Below, piece by piece: positions 1 to 9,977 of a stretch of 64,000 nucleotides of DNA. The DNA comes from an uncultured delta proteobacterium (GTDB lineage Bacteria; Myxococcota_A; Polyangia; Polyangiales; Polyangiaceae), in assembly GCA_963850305.1 (NCBI GenBank), contig CAWKKR010000008.1:96001-160000 (forward strand), in the 5' to 3' direction. A program made the position numbers and the translations under genes. Below the pieces are notes generated by a model. That model saw nothing but the letters and a program-made list of their open reading frames with translations, made no database searches and was not told the origin of the DNA. Position 1 is the stretch's first letter. Each line of letters begins with the position of its first letter.

Positions 1-113
1 TGCGCCGCGATTGCGCTTGTCATCGGTGCCGCCGATGGACGTGCATGTAGGGGAAGCCAGGGTTCACAATCAACCGCTCTGCTTTGCCGATTGCCTTAGA
101 GTCCTCGCCGACC

Positions 114-1289
114 ATGGATCGCAAACCGAAGACACGTGCACCGACAAAGTCCGTAGCGCCGAGCGCTCAGGCGCGCACCGGCTCCGACGGGTTGCTCGAC
201 GATCTCACGTCGGCGCGCCGCGATCTGCTCGCAGGTCGACACGAGGCTTACCACCGGATCGTGGGGGTGCTGATGTCCCTCATTTCAGGACCCGACGGAG
301 ACAACGCGTTCCGCGAGAGCTTCGAGCGGATCTGGCGAACACGCTCGTTTCCGACCTTCTACGAGCGACCGCTCATGATCCTGGCCGCGCTCCGCGCGGA
401 TGCGCTGGAAGAAGGGGCGCGACATCCGCTGCACGCGGCGCTTGCCACCTCGACGCCCGATCCCGGCGTCGTGACGAAAGAGGCGGTGGCGGCGTCCCTT
501 GGGCGTGAGCGTCTGGGCGTGTGGTCGATCATGACGACGCGCCGCGTGCAGACGAACGACACGAGCCGAGCACTCGCATGGCTCTGGCCCGCGTTCCTCG
601 GAGGATGCGATGACAGACGGCGACCGCTCGCTCTCGTGGACGTGGGCGCCGGCGCGGGATTGAATCTGATCGCGGATGAGCTGCCACCCGTGTGGTCCGA
701 CGTCGCGACCGGCACGGCCATCCCGTGCGTGACGCGTGTGAACGCCGTGGCCCGGATCGGGTACGACCCTCGTCCGCTCAACGTGCTGAGCGAGGATGAC
801 GTCCTCTGGATGCGGGCGTGCGTCTGGCCGGGCGACACGGAACGTCTTGCTCGCTTCGAAGCAGGCGTGGAGGCGCTGCGCGCCGCGGCCAAGCGCCCTG
901 CGCCTCCCGTGCTCGAACGCCTGACGGCCTCGCTGGTTCCGGAACGGCTGGGAGCGCTCGCGAAGCAGGTGCCGGCCAAAACGCTCGTGTTAGTCTACCA
1001 GACACTGGTCCGCGGATACCTCGAACCCACCGAACGCGAGAACTACCAGAAGGGCATGCTGGAGTTTCTGTCACGCCGGGTCGCCGGAGGTGCCGTGTGG
1101 ATGGAGCTCGAACTCGACGACGCTCGACGGCACTTGCCGGCGGTTCTGATCGCAAATGTCCGTGTGGGCGACCGCGTGAAGTCGCTTCGCCTGGGACGGT
1201 CGAGTCAGCATCCGAAGGAGGTCGAAGTGGACGCGGCCAGCGTCGCGCAACTCGGCCGTCACCTCGAGCACCGAGCGGACCTCCAATAA
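114..1289 (+). CDS. DUF2332 family protein
   Basis: Motifs VQTNDTSR, LVDVGAGAGLNLIAD and WMRACVWPGDTERLARF match the DUF2332 pattern. ATG at 114 chosen over TTG at 84. Confidence 0.8.
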   Translation: MDRKPKTRAPTKSVAPSAQARTGSDGLLDDLTSARRDLLAGRHEAYHRIVGVLMSLISGPDGDNAFRESFERIWRTRSFPTFYERPLMILAALRADALEEGARHPLHAALATSTPDPGVVTKEAVAASLGRERLGVWSIMTTRRVQTNDTSRALAWLWPAFLGGCDDRRRPLALVDVGAGAGLNLIADELPPVWSDVATGTAIPCVTRVNAVARIGYDPRPLNVLSEDDVLWMRACVWPGDTERLARFEAGVEALRAAAKRPAPPVLERLTASLVPERLGALAKQVPAKTLVLVYQTLVRGYLEPTERENYQKGMLEFLSRRVAGGAVWMELELDDARRHLPAVLIANVRVGDRVKSLRLGRSSQHPKEVEVDAASVAQLGRHLEHRADLQ

Positions 1290-1357
1290 CCACTCACTTC
1301 CGGCGTCGTCGCGAGAGATACACACCGACATGGACGCCGGTTGGACCGGTTGCTTGC

Positions 1358-2404
1358 ATGCGCACTGCCACGCCCCGTGCACACGACCCCACGCCGGGAG
1401 CGGAGCGCCTCTCGACCCTGTCCCGCTGGGCGTCCCTGCCGAGCCTGCTCTTCGTGTCGGTGGTCGCGTGCACATCGCGGCGCCCTCCGGCCGCCTCTTC
1501 CGGCACGGTTCCCGCACGCGCCACGACGTCGGTCCGCGTGGGTTCTGGACTCTCCGCGCGGCCGTCCGTTGCGATCGATGGCGGCGCGCGAACCGATGCG
1601 GGGACTCACGCGCGAGAAGGGGCAAGCGTCGCGCCGGACGGCATGATTCGGGTCCCCGGCGGCACGTTCGTCATGGGGAGCGACGTGGGGGGACAGCAAG
1701 ACGAACACCCGGCGCATCGGGTGACCCTCGCCTCCTTCTTTCTGGATCGCACGGAGGTGACCAACGGCGCCTATGCGGCGTGTGTGAGTGCCGGAAAGTG
1801 CGGGGCACCGGATCCCGCGAGTGCACGGCGCAGCCACTTCGGTCCCGATAGTGCGTTTCGCGGCGCCGAACAGCCGGTGAGCTCGATTTCGTGGGGCGAC
1901 GCACGCGCGTACTGCGGGTTCGTCGGCAAACGGCTTCCCACCGAGGCCGAGTTCGAGCGCGCCGCGCGCGGTGACGACGAGCGAACGTACGCTTGGGGCA
2001 ATGAACCTCCATCCGCCGAGCGCGCCGTGTACGGCACCACTCGCACCTCGAACGTCGGCACGCATCCCGCGGGAGCGGGCCCTTACGGTCACCTCGATCT
2101 GGCCGGCAACGTGTGGGAGTGGCTCGAAGACTTTTACGACCCCGACGCGTATCGTCGCCCGGGCGCCGCGCACGGCATCCCCGGCACGTGCGACGAGATC
2201 CGCGCAGCCCAGGACGCGCTTCGAAGCTCCGGACGGCAGGGGTTCACCGGGTCCAACCCCATCCCGACCGAATGCGAGCACGTGCTCCGCGGCGGCGCGT
2301 TCAATTACGGCGGCCCGGGGCTCCGCGCGTCGAACCGCGTCCACCATCCCGGACGCTTCAAGCTCATCATGGCCGGAGTGCGCTGTGCGAAGGATGCGGA
2401 GTGA
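1358..2404 (+). CDS. Formylglycine-generating enzyme (SUMF1/FGE-sulfatase) family protein, probable lipoprotein
   Basis: MIRVPGGTFVMGS, DEHPAHRVTL, DRTEVTN, KRLPTEAEFERAARG, DLAGNVWEW, VLRGG, GVRCA. Hydrophobic stretch ending VVAC. Start uncertain. Confidence 0.85.
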   Translation: MRTATPRAHDPTPGAERLSTLSRWASLPSLLFVSVVACTSRRPPAASSGTVPARATTSVRVGSGLSARPSVAIDGGARTDAGTHAREGASVAPDGMIRVPGGTFVMGSDVGGQQDEHPAHRVTLASFFLDRTEVTNGAYAACVSAGKCGAPDPASARRSHFGPDSAFRGAEQPVSSISWGDARAYCGFVGKRLPTEAEFERAARGDDERTYAWGNEPPSAERAVYGTTRTSNVGTHPAGAGPYGHLDLAGNVWEWLEDFYDPDAYRRPGAAHGIPGTCDEIRAAQDALRSSGRQGFTGSNPIPTECEHVLRGGAFNYGGPGLRASNRVHHPGRFKLIMAGVRCAKDAE

Positions 2405-2428
2405 TGGGGTGGGTTTCAGGTCGGCGCG

Positions 2429-3448
2429 CTAATGAATCGGAGGATCCGGCAGCACCTGGCCGCAGCTGGTGAAGGACAGGTTCGTGTCCGCGTGAAAATG
2501 CGAGCCCGTCGGATGGCGTTCGGCGTTGAAGAGGTCGAGCGGGTATTCCGTGCCCACGGTCAAGCCGAGCGAATCCAGACTGACCGAGCCGCTGGCCGCC
2601 GGATGAGTTCCGCCGAGATCGACCGCGAGTTTCCCGGCGATGAAGACCCAGAGGTCGTCGTCGCCCTGGAAGGTGAAGGTCTCGCCACCCTTGTAGATGA
2701 ACTTCAGGTGTACCTCGGTCGTGAAGCCAAAGTTGTGCTGCTTGCCATCGTCACCCGTCGCGTTGTTCCCCCAGCCTGCGTTGTCGAGCGGAAAGTATTC
2801 GTCGCTCTGGAACGTGTAGACACCACCGTTGGGCACGAACTGAAGATAGACGAGGTAGGGTAGGTTCACACCAGGGACGTATCGGTACCACTGATCGAAG
2901 TTTTGCTGCGTGGTCAGGACGTTCCCGAGCGGACAGGCCAGGCTGAACGGCGCTCCGTCGCAGCAAATACCGGCGAAGACCGGCTTCAGGTCGGTGCCGA
3001 GCGCTGGTTCGACGAGTCCGGTCACGACGAGGAAGTTCAGGGACGTGCCGAAGTCCGGATGACCGGTGTTCCCATCGTCGCTCTGGTCTTTGAAGTCGCG
3101 CACGACGCCGGTCACGAGGGTGCAGTTCGAGCCGTCGTTCACGGGCACGGCAGCGCCGCCGTCTCCGGCCGTGATCGGCGCGCCGAGCGCATAACCGCCG
3201 TGTTCGGTGGCGACGAAGTTCGCCGGCAGCGGAGGACCGCCTTCGCCGCCCACGGGCTCCGCGCCCCCGACGCCCAGCGGCACGAAGACCTCGCCGCCGG
3301 TTCCGAGCAGTATCGAACTGCCGCCGGCGCCCACCTGTCCGCCGGCGCCGCTCGTGTCGGGTGGAGCGCTCGTGCCGGACGCACTGCAATGCAAGGTCAG
3401 GAGCGCGGCGACTGCGGGCACCAGGAACGCGCGGCGCTTCACGGTCAT
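2429..3448 (-). CDS. Fibro-slime (PA14) domain secreted protein/lipoprotein
   Basis: VRDF..HPDF, YFPLDN, HNFGFTTEVH, FQGDDDLWVFI, DLGGTH, FNAERH. N-terminal signal with Cys followed by a Gly-rich linker. Confidence 0.9.
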   Translation of the reverse strand: MTVKRRAFLVPAVAALLTLHCSASGTSAPPDTSGAGGQVGAGGSSILLGTGGEVFVPLGVGGAEPVGGEGGPPLPANFVATEHGGYALGAPITAGDGGAAVPVNDGSNCTLVTGVVRDFKDQSDDGNTGHPDFGTSLNFLVVTGLVEPALGTDLKPVFAGICCDGAPFSLACPLGNVLTTQQNFDQWYRYVPGVNLPYLVYLQFVPNGGVYTFQSDEYFPLDNAGWGNNATGDDGKQHNFGFTTEVHLKFIYKGGETFTFQGDDDLWVFIAGKLAVDLGGTHPAASGSVSLDSLGLTVGTEYPLDLFNAERHPTGSHFHADTNLSFTSCGQVLPDPPIH

Positions 3449-3515
3449 AGTTGCACCAGTGTCCACTCACTCGATGAAAGGCGCAAGCCGCGAGCGACGA
3501 GGAGCCAAGTTGCTG

Positions 3516-3541
3516 CCGTGTCCGAAAATGGCCAGACACGG
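3516..3541. promoter_or_regulatory. Inverted repeat CCGTGTC-N12-GACACGG, candidate operator upstream of alkA
   Basis: Perfect 7-bp arms about 26 nt upstream of the alkA start, in a divergent intergenic region. Confidence 0.35.
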
Positions 3542-3567
3542 AACCGCGACGACGCTAGTTAGACGGC

Positions 3568-5025
3568 GTGGAACTCGATGCTCAGGCTTGCTACCGGGCG
3601 CTCGTCGCGCACGACGCGCGCTTCGACGGGGCGTTCTTCGTCGGGGTGAAGACGACGGGCATCTATTGCAGGCCCGTGTGCCGGGCGCGCACGCCGCGAC
3701 AGGACCGCTGTGAGTTCTTCATGCGGGCAGCACTGGCGGAGCGCGCCGGCTTCCGCGCGTGCTTCCGCTGTCGGCCGGAGCGCGCGCCCGGGCACTCGAG
3801 CGTCGACGCGGTGTCGCGGCTAGTGGCCTCCGCGGCTCGGAAGATCGACGAAGGCGCGCTGAATCGCGGCAGCATCGAGGAGCTCGCGAGCGAACTCGGC
3901 GTCGGCGCGCGTCACCTCCGTCGCACGATGAGGGACGAGCTCGGCGTCGGGCCGATGGAGCTTGGGTTGTCCAGACGAATCGCGCTTGCCCGCGAGCTCT
4001 TGCTCGGCACGTCTTTGCCCGTCACCGAGGTCGCGTTCGCGAGCGGCTTCTCGAGCGTCCGGCGCTTCAACGACGCCTATCGTCGCAGCCAGGGGATGAC
4101 GCCCTCGGACGTCCGGCGGCCCGGGGGATCGGACCCCGCGGGCAACGTGCTCCGTGTCGTCCTCGACGTGAGACCACCGTTCGACGCCTCGCTGGCGTTC
4201 GCGTTTCTGCGCGCACGCGCCGTCCGGGGCAGCGAGGCCTTCTCGGGCGACACGTATTCGCGAGCCGTGTCGATGAACGGCGCGAGCGGCATCGTCACCG
4301 TCCGCGCCGCGAAAGGGCGGCACGCGATCGTCGTCGAGGTGTCGCCGTCGCTCGGACCGTCGCTGATGACGATCGCGGCGCGAACGCGATGTCTATTCGA
4401 CTCTGACGCCGATCCGACGTCGATCGGCGAACATCTGTCGCGAGATGGACTCCTCGCGAAGCGCGTGGCCGCTCGCCCGTCGCTGCGGGTGATGGGCGCC
4501 TTCGACCCGTTCGAGTGGACCGTCCGCGCGGTGCTCGGTCAGCAGATCAGCGTGCGCGGAGCCCTGACGATCGCCGGGCGGCTCGTCGCGAAGCTCGGTG
4601 CCCCGGTGAAGGCGGACGGCGTCCTCGACGCACCTGCGTTTGCGTGGCCGGACGCGAACCGCCTCGCCGGCGCGAGAGAAGAGACGATCGTGTCGCTCGG
4701 CGTGACCCGCGCCCGGGCCGCGACCGTGCTGCGCCTCGCTCGCGCGGTCGCCGGTGGAACGCTCGTGCTCGATCGCACTGCCGACCCCCGGACGACGCGC
4801 GAGGCGTTGCTGGCGCTTCCCGGCATCGGCCCATGGACGGCGCAATACATCGAGATGCGCGCGCTCGGCTGGCCCGATGCGTTCCCCGCAGGCGATCTCG
4901 GGCTGAGAAAGGCGCTCGGCGGCGTGTCGGTCGCCGAGTGCGAGGCGCGCTCGCTGCCTTGGCGCCCGTGGCGTGCCTATGCGGCGGCACATCTGTGGAT
5001 GGGACTCGCAGAGGAGAAGGGTTGA
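3568..5025 (+). CDS. alkA: AdaA-AlkA bifunctional protein (Ada Zn-binding + AraC HTH + DNA-3-methyladenine glycosylase II)
   Basis: GVKTTGIYCRPVC...ACFRCRPE, EVAFASGFSSVRRFN, VLGQQISV, HhH-GPD LPGIGPWTA...DAFPAGD, WRPWRAYAA. Confidence 0.95.
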   Translation: MELDAQACYRALVAHDARFDGAFFVGVKTTGIYCRPVCRARTPRQDRCEFFMRAALAERAGFRACFRCRPERAPGHSSVDAVSRLVASAARKIDEGALNRGSIEELASELGVGARHLRRTMRDELGVGPMELGLSRRIALARELLLGTSLPVTEVAFASGFSSVRRFNDAYRRSQGMTPSDVRRPGGSDPAGNVLRVVLDVRPPFDASLAFAFLRARAVRGSEAFSGDTYSRAVSMNGASGIVTVRAAKGRHAIVVEVSPSLGPSLMTIAARTRCLFDSDADPTSIGEHLSRDGLLAKRVAARPSLRVMGAFDPFEWTVRAVLGQQISVRGALTIAGRLVAKLGAPVKADGVLDAPAFAWPDANRLAGAREETIVSLGVTRARAATVLRLARAVAGGTLVLDRTADPRTTREALLALPGIGPWTAQYIEMRALGWPDAFPAGDLGLRKALGGVSVAECEARSLPWRPWRAYAAAHLWMGLAEEKG

Positions 5026-5028
5026 ATC

Positions 5029-5673
5029 ATGCATAAGCGACGGGAGTTCAGCGAAACGGCGCAGGCGGCCAACACCCCTACTCTCTCTTTCGCACGCATC
5101 GCGACGCGCGTCGGAAGGTTATTACTCGTCGGCGAGCGTGACGGTGCTCGCCTCACGCTTCGCGGGATTTACTTCGACGACGCGCCGCATGCAGCCCGGG
5201 CCGTTCCGGCGGGGGCGCGACAGGACGACGGCGCGTTCGCGGAGGTGCGCGTACAGCTCGACGCTTACTTCGAAGGCAGGCGCACGTCGTTCGACCTGGC
5301 TCTTGCGCCAGTCGGCACGGAGTTTCAGCTTAGCGTCTGGCGCGCGCTGACCGCTATTCCTTACGGAACGACGACGACATACGCCGCGATCGCGCGAAGC
5401 ATCGGCAGGCCGCGCGCCGTACGTGCCGTCGGCGCCGCAAACGCGAAGAACCCACTCTCGATCGTCGTGCCCTGCCATCGCGTGATCGGAAAGGACGGCA
5501 CGTTGACCGGGTACGCCGGAGGGCTCGAGGGCAAACGTCGCTTGCTCGAGCTCGAGTCCGCGGAGCGCCCGTCCGGAGACGAGCCCGTCGTCCGCGCTCC
5601 TCTCAGAACCACACGCGCAAGCTCGAGGCGGTCTCTAGCATCGGGCGGCCATAAGCAATCGCGTCATCCGTGA
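5029..5673 (+). CDS. ogt: Methylated-DNA--protein-cysteine methyltransferase
   Basis: GTEFQ..VW..L..IPYG, RAVGAAN..NP..IVVPCHRVIG active site; starts 3 nt after the alkA stop. Confidence 0.95.
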   Translation: MHKRREFSETAQAANTPTLSFARIATRVGRLLLVGERDGARLTLRGIYFDDAPHAARAVPAGARQDDGAFAEVRVQLDAYFEGRRTSFDLALAPVGTEFQLSVWRALTAIPYGTTTTYAAIARSIGRPRAVRAVGAANAKNPLSIVVPCHRVIGKDGTLTGYAGGLEGKRRLLELESAERPSGDEPVVRAPLRTTRASSRRSLASGGHKQSRHP

Positions 5674-6640
5674 AGTGCACGACGGGACGCGGGGCCAGCA
5701 CTACCGCGCGCTCCCCGAGAACGAGCGCCGCTCCGCGCGTGAGCCGGAGCTCGAGGTGGAGTCCCACTGCGGCCAGTGCGGTCCACGCCGCATCCGCGCG
5801 CCCGACGTAAGGCGGCGATGCGGCACCCCGGATGTCGAGATGGTGCGCGCCGAGCGCGGCCGAGGCTTCCAGCGACCACGCCGCGCGCGAGAGGATTCGT
5901 AACCCGAGTTCGGCAAAGAGCTGCTGGGTTCTCAGCGTCACCGAGCCGTCGTCGTGGCTGGCATGAGCGCCCGAAAGTGGGCCCTGAAATCCCAACCGGA
6001 GAGCGATGCGCTCCGTCGGATCGCATCCGAGCGCGAGCGCGGGCCCGTACTCGCTGCCCAGCCGGGACAGCGTGCTCTCCACGACGACGCCTGCGTCGAG
6101 GGACCACCACCGTCGCAGCGAGGGCTCCGTCGCCCAGACGCGAACGTGCTCCGGAGCGCGGTCGGGATTCGCGCCCACCACGTCGGGCGGCGGCGGCTCT
6201 CCGGGTCCGAATTCACGCAAGCTCGCGCGGAGCAGATCCACCGCGCGGACGGCCAGCACGGCCGAAGCCTCGGCGCGCTGCGACGTCGCTATGGTACGCA
6301 TGCTCGTCTTTCCCGTCACTCGATCGCTGATCCACACGTCGGCGCTCGCCAGCCCCTGGGAGCGAAGGAAGGAAACGGTGGCCACGGCTCGAACGCGTTC
6401 CGCGGCGTCCGCAAGATCGCGCGGAGATGGGGCATCCTGGTCGGCGTCGACGACGATCACTTCGAAGTCGTGAACCCTGAGTTCGCCTTTGAGCCGGCCG
6501 AAGGCCTGCAGGAGAGCCGCGTCTGCCGTCTTCGGGCGCAGAAGGACGATGCGCTGCGCGCTCGCGAGCGCGGACCAGAGGGTGACGATGAGCGCCAGAC
6601 CTGCGGCCAGAACCCGGCGATTCATGCTCGGAGAATTCAC
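5603..6640 (-). CDS. Hypothetical secreted protein, probable C-terminal beta-barrel (third gene of the ECF module)
   Basis: Signal peptide (ALASA|Q), amphipathic beta-strand-like C-terminus ending in WF; 4-nt overlap with the upstream FecR gene. Confidence 0.6.
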   Translation of the reverse strand: MNSPSMNRRVLAAGLALIVTLWSALASAQRIVLLRPKTADAALLQAFGRLKGELRVHDFEVIVVDADQDAPSPRDLADAAERVRAVATVSFLRSQGLASADVWISDRVTGKTSMRTIATSQRAEASAVLAVRAVDLLRASLREFGPGEPPPPDVVGANPDRAPEHVRVWATEPSLRRWWSLDAGVVVESTLSRLGSEYGPALALGCDPTERIALRLGFQGPLSGAHASHDDGSVTLRTQQLFAELGLRILSRAAWSLEASAALGAHHLDIRGAASPPYVGRADAAWTALAAVGLHLELRLTRGAALVLGERAVVLAPRPVVHFTDDAIAYGRPMLETASSLRVWF

Positions 6641-7905
6641 TGACCGTGCACGTTGGCCAGGATCCGGCGTGCCGTCGCGGCGGCGACACCCTCCGGAAAG
6701 CGGGTCAGGTAGACCTGGGCGGTCGAGCGTGCCTCGGTCCCGGCCCCCGTCTGCAGCTGCATGCGCATCTTGCCCGCCATCGCCTCGGCGGCGTACGCGC
6801 CACCCGGCGCTTCCTTCAGATAGCTTTCGTACCAGCTCAGCGCGGTCGTCGACTCGCTCCGCCCTTCGTCGAGGCGAGCCAGGAAGAACGCCGCCGTCGC
6901 CGCCTCGGCGGGCCCTCGCTTGCGCAATGCGTGCAAGCTCCGCTCCGCGAGCGCCGTGCGACCCGAATAGCGGGCAGCGTCGGCGAGGATGCGCACGTCA
7001 CCTGCCGGACATGAAGCCAGGCAGCGCTCGATCCCGAGCTCGTTCGCCTCGTGCACGATGCCGTCGAAGTCCGCGCGTTGCACCATCACGTTCCAGTCCG
7101 ACTCGGGGCGTGGCGCGCGCGCGCCGCTCGCTGGCGACGCGGTCCCATCTCCATCCTCGCTCGCGGCGGGTTCGACCGCGGGCGTGGTGCTCGCCGGCAC
7201 TGGCGCGGCTTCGTCGCGCGGCCCGTCGAGCGGAGTGAGCCGCCAGTTGTTTGCGCTCACGCCCGCTTCCAGCCGCTGGCCCGCGCGCATCGGAACGGGG
7301 GCATCGAGCGGACTCCCCACGACCTGCACCGAGCCTTCGTACAGCTCGACGGACAGGCGCTGGTGCACGGCATCCCAGTCTGCACTGAAGCGCGTTCCGG
7401 TGACGTGAATCTCGAAGGGGCCGGCATCGAGCGCCCACGCCGCCTTCTCGCGATGGATGACGTGGACAATCGTCTTCCCGTCGACCAGCGCCAGCCGTGA
7501 CCCCGTTGCCGACGACGTTTCGACGCGAAGATGCGCACCTGGTTCTACCTCGAACGTCGAGCCATCCGAGAAGTGCACGTCCCTCGGTCGGCTCGACCCG
7601 GCCCCTATCGTCGTACCGTCGGCACGCACCGTCCCGTCGACCGCGAACGTCAGTGGTCCCGCCTCGCGCCGATGCAACCCGAAGCCGACGAGGCCGAGCG
7701 TCACGACGGCAGCCAGCAACCAGCGACTCCACGGAGCCCCGCGGCGCTCCGGCGCACCAATCGTCTCCACGGTCCGGAGCAGCCAATCGCGTTCTCGATC
7801 GTCCGCCGGAGGAGCGTCGTGCTGGGCCGAGGGCTCGGTCCGGAACAGCTCGCCGAGAGCGCGCGCCGCGCCCTCCGACGAATGATAGTGCTCGCGCCGA
7901 TTCAT
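6637..7905 (-). CDS. FecR-domain anti-sigma factor with C-terminal TPR-like region
   Basis: One TM helix, FSDGSTFEV, AGPFEIHVTGTRF, VELYEGSVQV; helical C-terminus with YL..FPEG. Overlaps the sigma gene stop. Confidence 0.8.
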   Translation of the reverse strand: MNRREHYHSSEGAARALGELFRTEPSAQHDAPPADDRERDWLLRTVETIGAPERRGAPWSRWLLAAVVTLGLVGFGLHRREAGPLTFAVDGTVRADGTTIGAGSSRPRDVHFSDGSTFEVEPGAHLRVETSSATGSRLALVDGKTIVHVIHREKAAWALDAGPFEIHVTGTRFSADWDAVHQRLSVELYEGSVQVVGSPLDAPVPMRAGQRLEAGVSANNWRLTPLDGPRDEAAPVPASTTPAVEPAASEDGDGTASPASGARAPRPESDWNVMVQRADFDGIVHEANELGIERCLASCPAGDVRILADAARYSGRTALAERSLHALRKRGPAEAATAAFFLARLDEGRSESTTALSWYESYLKEAPGGAYAAEAMAGKMRMQLQTGAGTEARSTAQVYLTRFPEGVAAATARRILANVHGQ

Positions 7906-8528
7906 GCGCCCTCCAGCCACGGTCGCACGTACGCGCTCAGCGCCGGTTCCGCGCGGGCGAGCTCGAGCACCCGCGTGCGCCCCTCCGTGATGGCTCGTCG
8001 AGCCCTGGCGTCCGAAACCCCGAGCGCCATGGCGACTTCTTGCGGCGAAAGCTCCTCGGCATACCGGAGCACGAAGGCCATCCGCGGCAGCTCCCGGACG
8101 CGACCCAGGATCCGATGAAGAGCGCGAAGCGAGTCGCGCGAATCGACGGGCGAGTCCGTCGTCGGTGCCTCCGGCAACACGCCGGTGTCCGTGACGCGCA
8201 GCCAGCGAAAGCGGCGCTTGCGGGTCCGGAGCTCGAACGCGCAGAGGCGCGCGGCGATGCCCAGCAGGTAAGAGCGCAGCGCACGTGGGTTTTTCAGCCG
8301 TGACGCATTCCGATGGAAGGCCACGAAGACGTCCTGAACCAGATCATCCATTGCGGCGTCCGGGCCGAGGCTGCGCCGGACCATGCCTCGGACTTCCGTC
8401 GCGTAACGCGTCCAGACCACCGATAAAGCGTCGGAATCCCCTTCGGCAACGGCGTGCACGAGCTCCGCGTCGGTCAGCCGCGACCGCGGAAACTCGACGA
8501 CTCGCTCGGCCTGGCGTTGCGCAGACAT
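7902..8528 (-). CDS. ECF RNA polymerase sigma factor (sigma-70 family)
   Basis: DAELV..VAEGD, DDLVQDVF, LRSYL.GIA; region 4 FVLRYAEELSPQEVAMALG. Confidence 0.9.
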   Translation of the reverse strand: MSAQRQAERVVEFPRSRLTDAELVHAVAEGDSDALSVVWTRYATEVRGMVRRSLGPDAAMDDLVQDVFVAFHRNASRLKNPRALRSYLLGIAARLCAFELRTRKRRFRWLRVTDTGVLPEAPTTDSPVDSRDSLRALHRILGRVRELPRMAFVLRYAEELSPQEVAMALGVSDARARRAITEGRTRVLELARAEPALSAYVRPWLEGA

Positions 8529-8645
8529 CTCGACGATTAACTAAGTTGCCGCGAAGCCCTCCGGCCGCGCAAGAAAATGCGAACGCCCGCGGCGCGGAGC
8601 ATCTTCGTCGATCGAAGCGGTCCTGGACATGAGAAACTCACTCTC

Positions 8646-9383
8646 ATGACCCAGGTTGCGATTCAGACCAGGGACGGGAGCTGCAGGAGCTTCGTGTATC
8701 GCCCGGGCGGCAGCGGACCCTGGCCCGCGGTGCTCGTGTTCATGGACGGCCTCGGCATCCGTCCCGCGATGCTCGAAGTCGGAGAGCGCATCGCGGCGCA
8801 CGGGTACTTCGTACTGCTGCCGGATCTGTTCTATCGGGCCGGCCCGTACGAGCCAATGGATCCGCACAAGGTCTTCTCGGACCCGGACCAGCGCAAGGTT
8901 CTCATGGAGAAATTCTTCCCGAGCGCGACGCAGGCCAACATCATGGCCGACACGCGCGCGTTTCTCGATTACCTCGCCGCGCAGGGCGACGTGAAGCGCG
9001 GCGGCATCGGCACGACGGGGTACTGCATGGGTGGCTTGATGTCCCTGACGGCGGCGGGCACCTATCCCGAGCGCATCATCGCCGCGGCTTCGTACCACGG
9101 TGGCCGGCTCGCGACGGACGCGCCCGAGAGCCCTCACCTCCTCGCCCCCAAGATGCGCGCCCGCGTCTACGTCGCCGGCGCCAGCGAAGATCAGTCGTTC
9201 CCCGACGACATGAAGGCGCGACTGGAAGAGGCCCTGACCCAAGCCGGCGTCGATCACCAGATCGAGACTTATCCAGCCAAGCACGGCTGGGTGTTTCGAG
9301 ATACGCCGGTCTACGACGCGGCCGCGTCGGAACGTCACTTCCAGACGCTCTTCGCGCTGCTCGACGCCAAGCTCGAGGCGTAG
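8646..9383 (+). CDS. Dienelactone hydrolase family protein
   Basis: MDGLGIRP, LLPDLFYR, nucleophile motif GYCMGG, YHGG, HGW. Confidence 0.92.
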   Translation: MTQVAIQTRDGSCRSFVYRPGGSGPWPAVLVFMDGLGIRPAMLEVGERIAAHGYFVLLPDLFYRAGPYEPMDPHKVFSDPDQRKVLMEKFFPSATQANIMADTRAFLDYLAAQGDVKRGGIGTTGYCMGGLMSLTAAGTYPERIIAAASYHGGRLATDAPESPHLLAPKMRARVYVAGASEDQSFPDDMKARLEEALTQAGVDHQIETYPAKHGWVFRDTPVYDAAASERHFQTLFALLDAKLEA

Positions 9384-9410
9384 CCGGGCGACGCGCCTCG
9401 ACGGAGCCGC

Positions 9411-9839
9411 TCAGTGGAATGCGGCCACCGCGAAGCCCACGATGAAGAGCGAGAGCACGAGGAGCAAGGCGCCGACCTTGGGTAGCTGCTCCATCGCGGG
9501 ACCGCCCTGCTCGACCCTCACGCGCTTCGTCAGTGTTTGCTGATAGCCGAGGGCTCCACACAGCAGCACCACGAGGCCGAGCTTCGCGTGAAAGAAGCCC
9601 CCGCCCCAGACCAGGGTCGCGCCGAATCCGCGCATCGACATCATGCCGAGGCCCGAAGCGATCAGCAACACCAGGCCGACGCTCCCGTTATGACCGATGG
9701 ACATCACCCGCAGGTACGTCGTGGTGCGTTCCGCGGCCGGAACGGTGCGCAGCGCCGCGCCGAGCCTCATGAACGCAAACCCGGTACCCAGGCCGAGCGC
9801 GAGCCCGACGAAATGCAAGAAGAGGAGGGCCGAGAACAT
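9411..9839 (-). CDS. Small four-TM membrane protein of unknown function
   Basis: Four hydrophobic segments, LH near the N-terminus, FHAKL motif. Confidence 0.6.
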   Translation of the reverse strand: MFSALLFLHFVGLALGLGTGFAFMRLGAALRTVPAAERTTTYLRVMSIGHNGSVGLVLLIASGLGMMSMRGFGATLVWGGGFFHAKLGLVVLLCGALGYQQTLTKRVRVEQGGPAMEQLPKVGALLLVLSLFIVGFAVAAFH

Positions 9840-9977
9840 CGCGCGTGACTCTACACCAATCCGCGGCGAACGTACGCTTACGCTCGGGCCCGTGATGCGA
9901 GGCTCGCGCGAGCGCGAGCCGCATCGAGCAGCCAGGGCGCGCTCGAAAAAGACGAGGCACGCCAGGTTGACCGCCTG

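Noticed and set aside
1358..2404. Diversity-generating retroelement target (FGE/C-type lectin fold)
   Set aside because: No reverse transcriptase and no template-repeat copy of the 3' end seen in the window.
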